Positions 36,772-50,500 of a stretch of DNA of 64,000 bases are shown in pieces. The notes beneath the pieces were generated by a model, which was not told where the DNA came from, did not search any database, and saw nothing but the letters and a program-made list of their open reading frames with translations. This DNA comes from Phoronis australis (lineage: Eukaryota > Animalia > Phoronida), in contig NMRA01000001.1 of the NCBI GenBank assembly GCA_002633005.1, positions 89,135 through 153,134 on the forward strand, in the 5' to 3' direction. The translations under genes and the position numbers were made by a program. The stretch's first letter is position 1, and each line of letters opens with the position of its first letter.

Positions 36772-39739
36772 TTTAAGTACTAGTCCACGAGAGCACTAAC
36801 CATGAGCGGCAAGGTAGGGGTCAGCCGATTTTCACCAAATTTGGCACATATGTAGTCCTATGGGATCTATAAACAGCGGTAAAATATTTCCTCAAAATAT
36901 TGCGTTTTTCTAAAGTTATAGGCTCAAACACATTTTACGGCTTCGCAGCCATGTTTTCACGGTATAAAAACTGTCCAGTTTTAACTGTTCATATTTTTCC
37001 TTGAATGAAAGCTATTGATTTATTATTCACTTGGCATTGTTTAGTGGTGCCTGTAGATTGTTACACAGATGTCTTGAAACACGATTCCGATTTACCACCC
37101 TCATTTAGTAGTTTTACTACACTGCCCCCCGTTATGCCATTTTGAGGTTGTGTTCAGTACACTGCTGTACCAAATCTGCCCCCACTGTTATGAGAATGAA
37201 ACTTAGCCAAAATGTTGACAAAACATGTTACTTTCATTTCATAAAATAAAAACTTTGTCAGCCAGTTTATTAGTTATATATTTTGGCACCTCAAATGTAC
37301 TAAAATGAGAAATTTTCATATATCTGAGATCGATGCGTGAGCACCGTAAAATCCGATTGTCCTTCATGTTTTTCGATATTTTGCAACAAGTTAGTTCCTC
37401 CTGAATGTTTTGAACGTTTTACTACTGATCACTTAGGGCTATAGTACCCCTAAATACCATACATGGCTCCATTTTGTAAAAAGCCGATTATGTCCTCCAC
37501 AGTGAACAGGGTTAGACATGAACTCGACAAATGTAGGTTATTTTGATTTACAGTTGTTTTACTTTGCAATTTCCTCATGGGTATTTCTTCACACATATTC
37601 AAGTCAGATTTTCTGTTGATCAAATGTTCATGCAATGCATTGTAATATCAAATGAAGGATAAGTTTGGTTGCATGACCGCAATTTTTCCCACGACTTAAA
37701 ACAAAAGACCGCAGAAATTTTCCTGACGAAATACCGGGTTTGCAGTTCTGTAAAAACATTCGAATGACAAGACAAACTCCACCACTGTCCATGGCAACTC
37801 GTCGCATGTTTTTCGCCCATCGGTCCTATCATTGTTTTCCTTTGTTGTGTCATTGTTGGATGTAACAACACAGGTCGCATGGATATAGAACCTTGCGTAC
37901 ATCACTGAGACCGTTGCCGATAAGTGCTCGTCATTATATCTTTATTATAACAACGGAAACAATGAAGATACTAATCTATTGTTCTCTATGCGACCAGGTT
38001 TCCCGTGGATGACCACAGAAGAGGAATCCCAAAGTATCCACAAACAATGACCACGCACCTTAGTAACTATTACCGCGCACACGAATCCTTTCCGTGGAAC
38101 CTAAACACCAAATTTTTATATCCGTGTATTGTGTTGTATTGCTCATGGTACGGGTTCAGACTCTGTTGTATTAAGATTCCAATCCCCAACCCTGTAATAT
38201 GTAGTTTGAGTAAAATTTCTAGACAATGCAGGTTTATGGATTTATTCTCCTTCAAATGAAGAGTAAAAATCAAATTCTGCACAGGTTTTTTAAAAGTAAT
38301 CACTTATTGGAAGATCACACATCTAAAAATAAAACAATGTTTGACAATTTTATTCATTATCTTATTTGAAAATTGCCTACCTCACAGAAAACTCATCTAA
38401 GTTGAAAATATTCGTTGTGAAAAAATATAAAATACCAACCAGAGACTTGTGTACTACAAAATATGTTTTCGTAATACAATGCAAAGATAACTGTACAGTC
38501 AAAAGTGCAAATGTTATGACTCTAATAAAAAATTGCCTTCTAGATCTTTTCAACACTCTAATTGCTACAGGACAGAGTCAACCACACAAAGCTCATAAAG
38601 TCAGGGAATTACATTTAAGGTGATGTAGTCTCACTGCGAAAAAGTGATTTCGCAATATCGCTGACAACACTGGAAATCTCTTCTTCACAAACTTGAGGTA
38701 GCTGTATTTACCACATCAATGTTCTTATCAAAACTAACCACCACAAAATGAAAAATTGGCATGTCGGTTCCAATTAGGCAGCATTTTACAATGAAATGGT
38801 CATGAAAAAATACTTTTGCAACATGGTTTGCATTACAATTGCCCTACGATTACAGTTGTACATACATACTAGACCACTAACAAAATTACCCATGGGAACC
38901 ATAAAATGGTCAATTCGCCAAAAAAACAAGGAGCCACCAGAGCTAATGTGCCAATACTTTTCAGTACTGCAACAAAAATCATTTGAAGTGGACATAAACT
39001 CGCCTAGAATCACATAAAACAACTTTTGATTTAGACATTTTACCATCACGAAATAGGTATTACTTCCAGGTCACTTTTGAGCAATTTCAGAACTTTGAAA
39101 GATCTGGCAATATGCAATTGCTAGAGACCAGACTAATAGTGTGTGATTTTATACACACAGCATGGTCTCAAGGAATAGCAAACTGTCAATTCGCTATAAT
39201 TCCAGAAATCACTTCCCATCTGGATAAGGAACAAACTGAGCAAATTTTATAGAGGTAAATGGTCTAAATCAAAACTTATTACCTCCTGGACAGAATATGG
39301 GTTTACAACCCAGGTAGAAAGATAAGTTAACAAAACCAGCCTAACTGCAACAGGGTCTCAAATTTCAGTAATATATACCCATTTACAAACAAAAATCTAT
39401 AATGGTAAATAAAATGCGGAAACATAAATTCAGATCAATTATGCATCTTCAAGGAAAAGGAACAGTACAGTGGTCAGAAATCATCTAAATGTGATGGCCA
39501 CACTGAGAAATCCTGTCAGACCAAAAAATCCAGTGGCTAAACAAAATGAACAATGTACCATTACCATGTGGCCCAGGATCATGATCCGTGCCCGGAGAAA
39601 AATTCAGTCTTAGACTAGGTAAATTTTAGATTTGTGCTGTTCACACAAGCAGTTCTGGTGCAAACAAAGCTTGCGACAACACACAAGCCTACTTCCCTAC
39701 ACAGCTGTGCTGATACAATAATGCCCCCACTGGATTTAG

Positions 39740-41042
39740 CAGATCAGCCAGAGTATTTACAGGTCCAGCCACTGTACTGTTTCCTCCCTTTGAATTTTTA
39801 CAATGCTACATCCTTGACAATCGCAGATTGCCTCTTTCAATGCATACTCCACTTCCTCTGTCCCAGTTTCCCCACATTTGCTGAGAGTGGCCTATCTCAA
39901 GAAATTACTTTGGACCTGTTGTGGTATAAGCCAGTAATCTTTGGCAAATACTTTTTCCCCCGACTCGTTCCTCAAGCTACAAATTCTCTTTGACATATCT
40001 TCTGGGAGTAGACTTTACGGCCTCTCTCTAGCCCCCTCACTTAGTTGTCCAGAAGGGTACCTTCTTGCTGGTTGTGAACTTTTCCATACCCAACCTTTAC
40101 TAATAATCGGCAAGTCTCCAACTTCAGCAGAAGCCACTTCTTCAGCATAAGCCTTTCCCGATTCCTAAAATTGTATTAATGAAAAAATTAAACATATTAA
40201 ATTTAATGTGGCCATTTCGGCTCAGAAAATATGAATACCAAGCTAAAGTGAAGGCACCAATATTTTTGACGGCTTTAGCATGTTTAATTAACTTCATAAT
40301 CGCAGAAATTCATTGGCAGACATAACATACTCCCTAGTCTCTAAAAGTAGTTCATGGGCAGAAGTCATGTTACACATTTGGTGGTTGTTATGAAAAGTTA
40401 TGATGACTACCTATTTTCTATGCCAATGTATACATGTAGTTGCATAAACATCAACACATTTGAATAAGATATGATTAAGCAATAAGGCCCAAGTTATAAG
40501 CAATCACGGTGTGACAATAAAAGTATTTTTGCATGAATGACGTGCTTCTAAAAATATTCCTCAGGGTCAGACCCTGGAGTTTAGTGATTCCTACCTGAGC
40601 TCACACGAAGCAGGACGTTGAACCTTGACTTAACGTCTTTGGTCATTTTTCAGACCTCTATCAGGCTCTATCAGATTTCTCCTCTAGTGTGCAGTGGATG
40701 TTCTCAGTGTCTTTGGCGACAGCAATATATCTCGAGTGTTGTAACGATGATTCGGGCAAGTGAATCTAATAAGGTAGATTATGTAGCTCCTGCTCCACAC
40801 CTGCCTCCGAGGCAGACACTGAGACAGACTACTTCTCAGGACTCAGGAGGACACGTTCCACCTCCACATCAGCTCCACGTACTCTTATAAGGTGCTCAAA
40901 TGTCTCGCTCTATACCTTGTGCATTTCCCAAGAGTTTCCAAAGTTGTTTCTCTCCGCAATTTGTAGAAATACCACATTCGATGCGACTGGCAGTGCCAGA
41001 TAAATAGATAAATTCGCAAACCCGCACTTTAGGTCAGCCATC
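39740..41042 (-). pseudogene. Decayed DNA transposase, N- and C-terminal remnants (tentatively Sola3-like)
   Basis: N-part MADLKCGF...CG...TCPNHR...HPLH and C-part KGWVWKS..RRY..PEDMSKRI..LRNESGEKVFAKDYWLIPQQVQSNFLR, with many stops. The family assignment is recalled from motif resemblance only. Confidence 0.5.
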
Positions 41043-42123
41043 ATTCAACTAACGCATTGTAAGCTTTAGTTTGGTATTCAGACGAGTTGGATGAACAAAT
41101 TTAGTATAATTTCATATTTTAGTGGGAAATGCTAGTGTCCTTAAAATTAATTAAAAACATTTAAGCAAACCAATTCTTTTAATTGTTGTATTATACCACG
41201 GCATATTAATGCGTAGAAACGGCGCACAACTAGTGACTGGTTTAACATGACAAATACACATACGCGGTCTGAAAATAGTGAAATTCAGACACCTATTACC
41301 AAGCCTGCCTGAAGGGCTGACAAAGTTTTTATTGTATTAATTTCAAGGGCATGGAGTCTTCTACATGTCCATGTTATTATTTTTAGTTTTCTCGCGGGGG
41401 CAGCTTCGCTATAAGGGTACAACTTACTGCAGGTTTTTCACAAGTATGAAATGTACCTCCACGGAAACAGTTCCAGTGTTACCATGGTAACCGATATTGC
41501 AGTGTCGTTGCCGTTTTTACTGACATTGGTCATGAACCTATCATGTGATATCAAAATTGTTCAGAAACAATTCTGTTTGAAGCAGAAACTGGAGTAGAAA
41601 ATTTTGTCAAGAATGACTCATTCCACACCAAGAAATTGCCTCATTTTGCCCCCAAGAACACTTCCCTTGTATCTCCTAAACCACCAAACTTTATGATGTC
41701 ATACTTCACCCAATTTCTCCCATCCCTAATGTGATTCATCAGACTAAACATGGATCTGAATGGCTGACCCCCCACCTTGCCGCTTGTTGGCTGTACGGTG
41801 TTCGGTGGATCCGTGGACTGATACTTAATCTCTCGATGTACTCGTACAGGGACAACAGAGTAAGCCCAATCTTTCGCGGTTAGTTGAAATATTTACGTAT
41901 CCCCTGTCTTTTTGAAAACCTTAAACTCTTTACATGTTTGGGCGGAACTTGGAAATTGGCGTGATCCAATAGTGAGGATGTGACATGCGTCTATTTACGC
42001 GCTTGCTTGCATTTCCGTTGCGGGTTTTTCGGTTGACGTTTCTCCAACGGAAAGTGTTCAATCTCAGTGAAAGCAATAAGAGAGATTAGGAAACTTTTGT
42101 AATGTGTTTTCGATATGTTTCAG

Positions 42124-45100
42124 TTGCATCCACAGGGAGCCCTGGCGTACGAAACGACAATCAAGGTACGTGCCGACATAGTCTGGGTTGCCTTCATGTA
42201 ATGTTCATGTCTTGTGACATGAATGTACTTGAACAGCGTTTAAAGTATTCTGTTCAATTGTTCAATGATCTTGAACAAATATGTTGCGCGTATGATCTGA
42301 GATTGTGTTTAATTTTTCACATGAGGCCTCCTTCCTGCTTTATCGTATTCGCTCCTATTTAGGTGAATATATTTGTGGGAACAACGGAGTGCGAGTGACG
42401 TTTCCTGCACGTCTGTCCAACGGAGTGACGTATCGGCAAGCCTTCGTCAAGGGATTTCCTGGCGACTCAAGCTGTTCTACATCTGACGACGGAAGTGGAA
42501 GTTTCGTCCTTGACATTAGGAATCTTCCCAAATGCAACATTACGGCAAATGTAAGTGGGACAAGGAGAATAAAGGACAGCATTTAAGGAAATACAACGAT
42601 GGTTTTAATTATGACGTTGAAACTAATACTGTGCTCATTGCATACCGGGTTCTCTTACAATGTGACCGACTATTATCTTAGCATACCCATGCCAGATGTT
42701 GTAAATTTTTTGTGGTCTATTATTCGAATGTCTTCTTTGCGAACCAGTGGAAAATTAATTTTCCTGTGTTTTTCAAACAAGTTCATTTGTTGCCGTTTTT
42801 GACATTTCGATTTGTTTTTCTATTGATCAGGATTTCTTAGGAAAGTCTGAATTATTTATTAATTAGACTGAATTATATTTAGACTTTACAACAGATATGG
42901 ATAACGAGCAGAAGTTAGTGCTGAAAAGAGAAGCCCCCTGGTAAGTTTTCCGTTCACATAACATAACACACATTGCTGTACATGTATCGAGGTTCTACTA
43001 TATAAATGTCTCACATTATTTCCCTACAGCCAAACGGTGAGGTGAGTTTCCAAGTAAGACTGCAGCTCCTACCGGGCTTTGATAGTCCTGAAGACGGCTA
43101 CGTTAACATTTCCTGTAATACCAAGGGAGATCCAGTCTCTCGCAATCTCTCGGCGGAATTAAGAGTTTTTGCGTAAGTACCTCGCTGGTAAACCATAGGC
43201 CATGAGTTCAAGCACTGATGTCCTCATATTATTGCAAAATAAATGCGCATTTTGAAAAACAAATTGATGTTGCTGACTTATCGTTAAAAATATTCACAGC
43301 TCAGATGAAAAGCGATTTTTGGTCGTGACAAGAAGTGACATTGCTCGATCCCAGTAAGGCGTGGTCAGTTGTGATTTTGCGTGGTGTGTCATTTATTTCC
43401 GAGTACATGGCTGCAAGCAGTGATCAACTGGTCTTCTAATCTGACAAACAAATTTTATAACGGGAAGGGATCTCAGACAAGGGTTAACCTACATGTAAGT
43501 AAAACTGTGACTCACAGATGTTACGTAATCCAAACATATATTCGTTTGAAACGTGTTAATGCACCGCACCCATTTATCAACATCAGTGGTAGTTAAGTTA
43601 CATGTATCTGTGCAGGACAGACTTTTCACATGTTAAGTACGGATGATCCATTTGTCATTTTCCACTTTCCCTGAAAGGTGTTTTCGAATTCTTAGCAATT
43701 GTTGTTGAGGAGCTTTCCGCTCATGTTAAAGTTCTCTTACTTATGGGAATTATGACGTCAGCTTGGGACTGAAATGAAATGTTTACACATGACAATGAAC
43801 ACCACAGCATTTTGGTAAGTATAAATGGTAATAGAAGGGGTTATGGAACACAAACAAGCAAATGTATCTGACCACTGAGATTTTGGACTTACATGGAAGT
43901 CTGTCTTCCTCGAAGTGTTTTTGATGGTATCTACTACACATAGAAACATGACGCTACTAAAGCCCCCAATGGTGGCGACTTTGTAGCTCTTACTCGACTA
44001 CTACTGCCCGGCTCTGGAAACGGTACGTTAACTAACCATCTGCCTTGAAGTTCGCTCATGAGACCGCATCAGAAGGTTGTATATCGTTCTTTGATACTCT
44101 CGTCTTCCGGAACGCTGGTGGCTACCGGGATCTTGGGGTGCACATCGTAAACTGGCTCAATATAATCAGTTTTACGCTTCAGTTCCCACCACCCACTTCA
44201 TCAGAAGCTGGGGTTGTTCGAACTCTCTGAAAAAGGGGTAAGGACGCTGTCAAAAGGAAGAGGACGGGCTCGGTGAGCCTAAATTACTTGATTCTGCTCT
44301 ATCATCGTGTGGGTATCCTAATTGGGTTCTGAGGAGAACTGTCCCACAAAGTACTAATGATAGTACTAGGGAGAGTGAAAAACGTGTCGTGTGTCGTGTC
44401 TCGCTGTGTCAACACTCCACGGGATCAGTTAGCTTTCCCCAACGATATACATGTAACTCCTCCTGATCAAAAGTGCGCTGTTTTATACCAATTGGATTGT
44501 GCATCCTGTGAGGCTTACTATAAACCTGTAGGAGAGACTGGTCATCAGTTAAAAGCTCGTATTGATGAGCATTAAGAAATCTGTGAGGTCAGGCTGGTTG
44601 TCTTCAGTTCACGGACACTATCTGTTAGCATTTTAAACAGTGAAACCAGGTATATTCCTACGGGATTAGGGAATTCGAAGCAGTCTACATAGGACGTCAT
44701 CGCCTTTTATCCACAGAGACAGGGCAGTCTACACAACTGAACATTCCGAGGAAGACAGCTGTCTATGGCAGTCGAAAGTCTTCGTGTTCTTGTTTAATAC
44801 ATACACTACGCATTGATTAATTTCTTTCCCGGCAAAACAACCGTACCCGTTAATGAGGATTGGAAACGTGAAAGTACACACCGAAAAAGCCTGCTGCGGG
44901 TTTTCAGATCAATGACTTCAGTGGCCACTAGTTTGCAAAATTTGTTAACTATTTTTGGCCTTATCTTGATAACTAGAGACTAGGTACATGTTTCCCAGGG
45001 CCAGGGCGCAAACACACAACATGCTACATAAAACTTGTTCCCAGTAATTGCATTGATTTGTGTAGTTGTTGGTTACAGAAAATGGAGAGATCTCAACGCT

Positions 45101-47379
45101 GAACGAGCTGCGCCGCCGCCATCTTCTCTGCAAGCCTACATCAGTGGACAACCGATTTCACTGGCTACACTGGGAGTACGATTCCAATTGTGTGCGGAGC
45201 CCAAATTTAGTGACGATAATCGTATGTATCCGCGCTCTGTAACACGAGCGTACCACAAGTATACTGTGTTGTCTAATGATAATTTTCTTACACCCATAAC
45301 GAGTTTATTAGGCGTCACATTCGAGTAATACCCGCAAATTGACATCCGAAGAATAATGTTTTGCTAGCTTAATTTTTTTTTACAGTGAGCCGCTTCGTTT
45401 CCTTGCAACTAACATTTTGACTTTCACAAGGCTCCCTCCCTTGGTTTTCCTCGTCACTATTGCGTTTCAACCCTTTTGCCCTCAAGATCCCTGTTTTATT
45501 TGCATGGCAAGCCATATTGCTTCAAGATCACAATTAACTGGCCTGTAATACATTTTATTTTAGCATACAAAGGCGCTCTCATAGTCGATGTTACAACAAT
45601 TGATACTTCCGGTAAGAAGTTTTACATCATAAAAGAAGGGTAAGTCTAACCAAAGTACTAAATATAGAACTATCACAAGAAAACAAAATTCGTTATTAAT
45701 TCTGTGGAACATTTGTAGTGTGAAGATATTTTTTGCTTTACCCAGTTTGGAAAACCAATGAAAATTCTCAAGTAGCCTTAAATTGCCCCTGTATACACTA
45801 ACAGCACTTGAAATATACTGTGCGTTCGGCATTGTAGATTTCAGTTATTCATTGTTGTATCTTTTCAGATGCAAATCCAACACCATTACTCAAGTGGGTC
45901 CCAGTTTCCCCACAACCGATCCCTCGAGCAAAGCCATGTGTGTTGACATGACAACGTTCAGGTTTTACGGCCAAACCTCCACCATTTATGAAGTCACCGT
46001 AGAGTTTTCGCGAGAAACCAAAAATCAGGTAATATTTATTCGTAAAACCACATAATGTAAGTTATTTGGCATTAAATGTGGAGGAATCTAGATAAATCAA
46101 AAGTGCTTACTTGTAATTTATATGAAGCATTTGGTACACATGTATATTTTATGCGCTGCTGTTTCAGACGAACGGAAATACGTGTAGCACAGTTGGACGT
46201 AAACGAAGGTCTGCAGACGGTGAATCTGTCAGACAGGTATTAAAGATGGAGTTACAAGTCTCCAACGAAGGTAAATCTATATGTAGTTCTGTATTATCTC
46301 TCTAAATGCTGCATGTCATCATATTGTAGAATTGAACAATCAGACTCACATGAAACTATTAGAAAATGAACTGGCTTTTATGTTCCCCAAAACAAAATCA
46401 GGAATTGTTTTCCAAATGTTTCAGTTTTGCATAAGAGGTTACCAAAAGTAACACATTTAGGTTTTTAATGAAAAATTCTAAAATTGTAAACGAAATGATA
46501 ATTTCGAAACTATAACCTTTTTCTTTGGATTACGTCTTGAACATTCATATAAAATGAAATTTGGTGAAATGTCCCAGTTAATATTATATAAAAACCAAGA
46601 AAATGTCTATTTGGCTAATCATATCTCAGAAATGCCTGATTCGATTCATACGAAACTTAAAATACTTTTCTTTAGGACAGGTTCTCTAAACCGGTGTTCG
46701 AAATTGTTTTTAAAATGTTCCCCTTTGCATAAGAGGCTATTAAATAGGGGCTTGAAATATTTTCCACGGAAAAGTTTTGAAGTTACACGTAAAGTTTGAT
46801 CAGATACTTTTATGTATTGCAGTTTAGTACCTATTTGGTTAAATGTAAAATTAATACTTGTCGAAATGGTCCTACGTGGCATTAAATCATTTTGAATTAG
46901 TCTCCATTTGTTCCGTACTCGGAGTAGACGTGATTTTTGGGTTTGCAAAGAACAGACGATTCGTTATTGCTAACACTCTGAGCAAATTCTCAAAAAGCAA
47001 TGAGATGTCAGCTCTTTGGCAAATATTTTCTAATCGGTGTAAGGAGCAAATTGAGACCGTTTTATAGCGATAAATGATCCAAATCAAAAGTTCAATTTTA
47101 AGCCGCTTCAGTTACATCACCAAAACCTCGTCTTCCTCTCTTTAAGCAAGTGTAAATGCATGGTTTTGGACCGAATGTCACTGTCTATTTACAGACGGAT
47201 TGCCTGAAAAGAAAGACCAATACAAGGAGGACTTCAAAACCGACGCCTGTAGAGGATATGTTAACATCACTGTGTTCTATGCTGTGGTGTCAGTTCTTGC
47301 TTTCCTTTTGATGCTGGTCATTTGCTTGGCGGGCTTTTTTGCCAAACGTAACTTCACTTACCCGGAAAACAAAGAATAA
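42124..47379 (+). CDS. ZP-module (zona pellucida/cuticlin/vitelline-envelope-like) type I membrane protein; 5' exon(s) not located
   Basis: Phase-compatible GT-AG exons 42124-42165, 42363-42550, 43030-43172, 45079-45221, 45564-45639, 45869-46028, 46168-46270 and 47195-47379 give ~345 codons. They encode a 4-Cys ZP-N, ZP-C motifs (YIIKEGC, TFRF), a furin site RKRR, a hydrophobic patch VLKMELQV, TM VFYAVVSVLAFLLMLVICLAGFF and a short tail. Confidence 0.9.
44040..44785 (+). mobile_element. Decayed Penelope-like element in ZP gene intron
   Basis: KFAHETASEGCISFFDTLV (RT end), VLYQLDCASCEAYY..VGETGHQLKARIDEH (GIY-YIG) and EAVYI, then a degenerate hammerhead CCGAGGA-A-GAC..GTC-GAAA at 44746-44783. 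Confidence 0.8.
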
Positions 47380-47382
47380 AGA

Positions 47383-47531
47383 CATGCCTCCCGTTCAGTA
47401 ACGCTAGGACCTGGCTAAACAGCAAGACTTCAGGTATTGCCGTGTATTTACATATAAATGAGAACACGTGGCTTTGTCTAGATTCTAGTTAGGTCCTAGC
47501 GTAAGTCCTAGCGTTACTGAAAGCACGCCCG
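47383..47531. mobile_element. MITE immediately after the ZP stop codon (3' UTR)
   Basis: Same family as 24472-24631. AATAAA signals follow at ~47610-47730. Confidence 0.75.
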
Positions 47532-50500
47532 GACGTCATGACATACTGTTGTTATTTGACCTTTGCAAGCCTGTTTCTAAACCAAGACAAATAACGGACG
47601 TCATCACGAAATAAATATTTCTTAAATAAATTAGTAAATCATTCAAGTATTGCCACGTGCATGCTGGTCAAAGTATGTTTGCTTTAAAATCTACAAATCA
47701 CGGTCTCAGTTTTCATCGATTTTGAATAAATATTAGAAGAAAACAAAGTTACTTCTTAGCAATTCCTTAAGTTAACTAGACAGACTTTGTAGTTAAGTTA
47801 CGTTTTTGTCGAAACAAACCAACGTTTTGTTGAACTTTTGTTGGAACTTAATTTGACGGTAGACCTGTTTGTTCATTTATGCAATGGCCTTGCACTGTGA
47901 GTTGTCCTATTTCAACATCACAACGTGGGTGGAGCACCACCTATCGAAAATATGTGAAGGTTTAGATAGAATTGAGATCTATTCTAGTCGAATACGAAGG
48001 GTTATTTTTGTGAGCGGAAACTCGAAATTGACATATTCAATTTATTTTGGAAGCTACTGAATGGATTTGACCTGTTACATCAACATTTTGTATAAATGAA
48101 TAATTTATCGGGGATGCAACGCTTATCAAATTAATTAGGGACCCAATTACGTTTGAATAGGAAAAGTGCCAACTTAAAATCACTTTCAATCTTACATGTA
48201 TGGCTGTGAAATCTCAACGTCGGGTTTGCAAGAACGTGCTACGGCCGTGTGACCTTTGATAAAATAACACAGCTTGCATGAATTTTAGACCCTGCAAGCC
48301 CGCCGTATTGCTCGTCATACCTGTAACTAAATTCATGAATTCTTTCTCCATTATTTAGATGAGGTGAAATGATATCTCGGATCACTGACAAAATCTCCGT
48401 GGTATTTTTTCAAAATTTGGAAGCCCGTTCCAAAATCTAAAGTCTGATCCAGCTTGTTATTAACACTAATAAACCGAAACGTTGACTTGAATATGAATCG
48501 CGTCTCTGTTTTTATTTTCAAATTTCTTCTGTTCGTGAGCTACTCAACAATAGGATATTTGCTCCCTATTCACGGCCTAAACATGAATAACATAAAACTC
48601 GCTTATTACCACTGACATATTACATGTAGTCTCGCAACTGTCCCTGTCTTAATGTCACTTTGCTTTCGGCCATCAGATTGAACTGAGTTTTCGGCATATA
48701 TTGAAATGAATTAGCCCGGAGTTGGGTTGCCAACATCGTTGATTTTTTACTTTGTTTTACACATCGATTTCCTGGATAATGCTATGGAGAGATTTGAAAC
48801 TTGCTTTTTGTGGTAACATCACTTATGTATAATTTGCATTTTAGGTAGTTTAGTTTTAAAGAATCGTCCCGATGCACGAAAAATAAAATCACATTAACTT
48901 GCAAAGAGTTATCATACCACATTATATACAATGTACAGTACCAGAATTCTAGAATTTCAAAATACAAAACTAAAAATCCACGCTTTTATGACTAGAATAC
49001 GAGTTAATTCCCATTAAACCCCGATTAAATCTCAACAGCTGTTGTCGAAATCACGGGTTCTTTCATAAATTAACATTCAGCACATACGCAAAATTACGTC
49101 TTACGAAATTTCCGCAAGAGTTCAACACATATCATATTTTATGTTAACAGAACTTTGACTAAACATCCCAATAATTCCGTCAAAGTGTAAATCCATCAAA
49201 GTTGATGCACGCGAGGTCTGGTTTGCGTCCTGCTGTTTTCGGACACGTCATACTTTCCGGCCTTCTGTTAACTCTGGGATTGATTCGGGCTTACGCTTGT
49301 TTTACCAAAACACATATAATGCACGCCTGTTTTATTTTCACGATATCGCAGTAATCAGTTTTAGTGGAATGACGATGACTCCTTCGTCTGATATTTACCG
49401 CATACGGTGTGTAAGGATATAAACATTTATAGTTTATTAGCTACTTAGCAAAGGTGTTGTTGTCTCAGAAGCCGGTGGTGGTTTTCCAGTAAACAGACAA
49501 CACGAATTTATAACAACTATTTACTTATTAATACTCAGCAAATATTGTTGTATTCTTCCACTTGGCACCCATGAAGAATGCTCTCGCTTTGCCAAAAGAA
49601 TAAGGTTAAAAGAATTTGATCAGCTCGTAGATGCACGTTACCATTTCTAATTTCCAGTGCTTTTACATTTTTGTGCACCACCGATGTTCTATATAATTAT
49701 TACTGACGCTATAAAGTGACACATATAGGCGTAGAAAGTATTTTTATGAGATCAGCCCAAGGATGGATTACAATCGGATGCTGGTGTCACAGCCTACTAC
49801 TCTACTTACTAGCCTTAGTCCACCTCACTGTGTGTCTGACTATTTACTGAAAATCGTAATTGACCAAAAACCTTAATTTCATACAATGTCTGACAGACAA
49901 TGGGGAAAATTGAAGATTTGTAATATAACCACAAAAACAACTGACTTTATTGCTGTATATCTTATATAGCTTTAATCTACAAAATGGACTTTGCGGACGT
50001 AAAAGCTATGAGACCCATTTAGGTGTCAAAGAAAAGTTTACTGTTTTGATATTAATTTCAGCATCAGAAACATTTTCTACGTGCTCAGCTTCCGAATACT
50101 GGTGTGTAGATACATCTCTAGAATTAACTGTTTAATTTATTCTAAGTTCTGAAAAGTCTTGTCAGGAACTGTACTCTCTCTGATACAATGTACATAACGC
50201 ATTGATTCAAAGAATTAAGTAGAGATCACTGATTGCTTCAGCGTCAGAATCCTTATCGCTTTTATATTTGAATTTCAATGGTAGTTAAAATTACGAATTA
50301 ACTTTGTAATAGTAATTTTATATTTGATTGTATGGGCTTATTGACAAATTTATTACGTAATTATTCGGAAATAAAATAACGGTGTTTGGTTACTTGACGT
50401 GTTTATCTTCAGGTGCATATGAGTAAATATTGCTCTTGAGACATAAAACATTAATAGCTGCTTCTAGAAAGAAACTTGCAAACTGGTACGTGTTTAAACA

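Noticed and set aside
41364-41415. Signal-peptide exon for the ZP gene (MSMLLFLVFSRGQLRYK)
   Set aside because: Weak donor (gtacaa) and a short hydrophobic core; cannot be supported without transcripts.
42883-42940. Extra exon in the ZP gene (tttag|...ccctg|gtaagt)
   Set aside because: The flanking exons join in phase 0. This 58-nt segment has a stop in phase 0 and would shift the frame.
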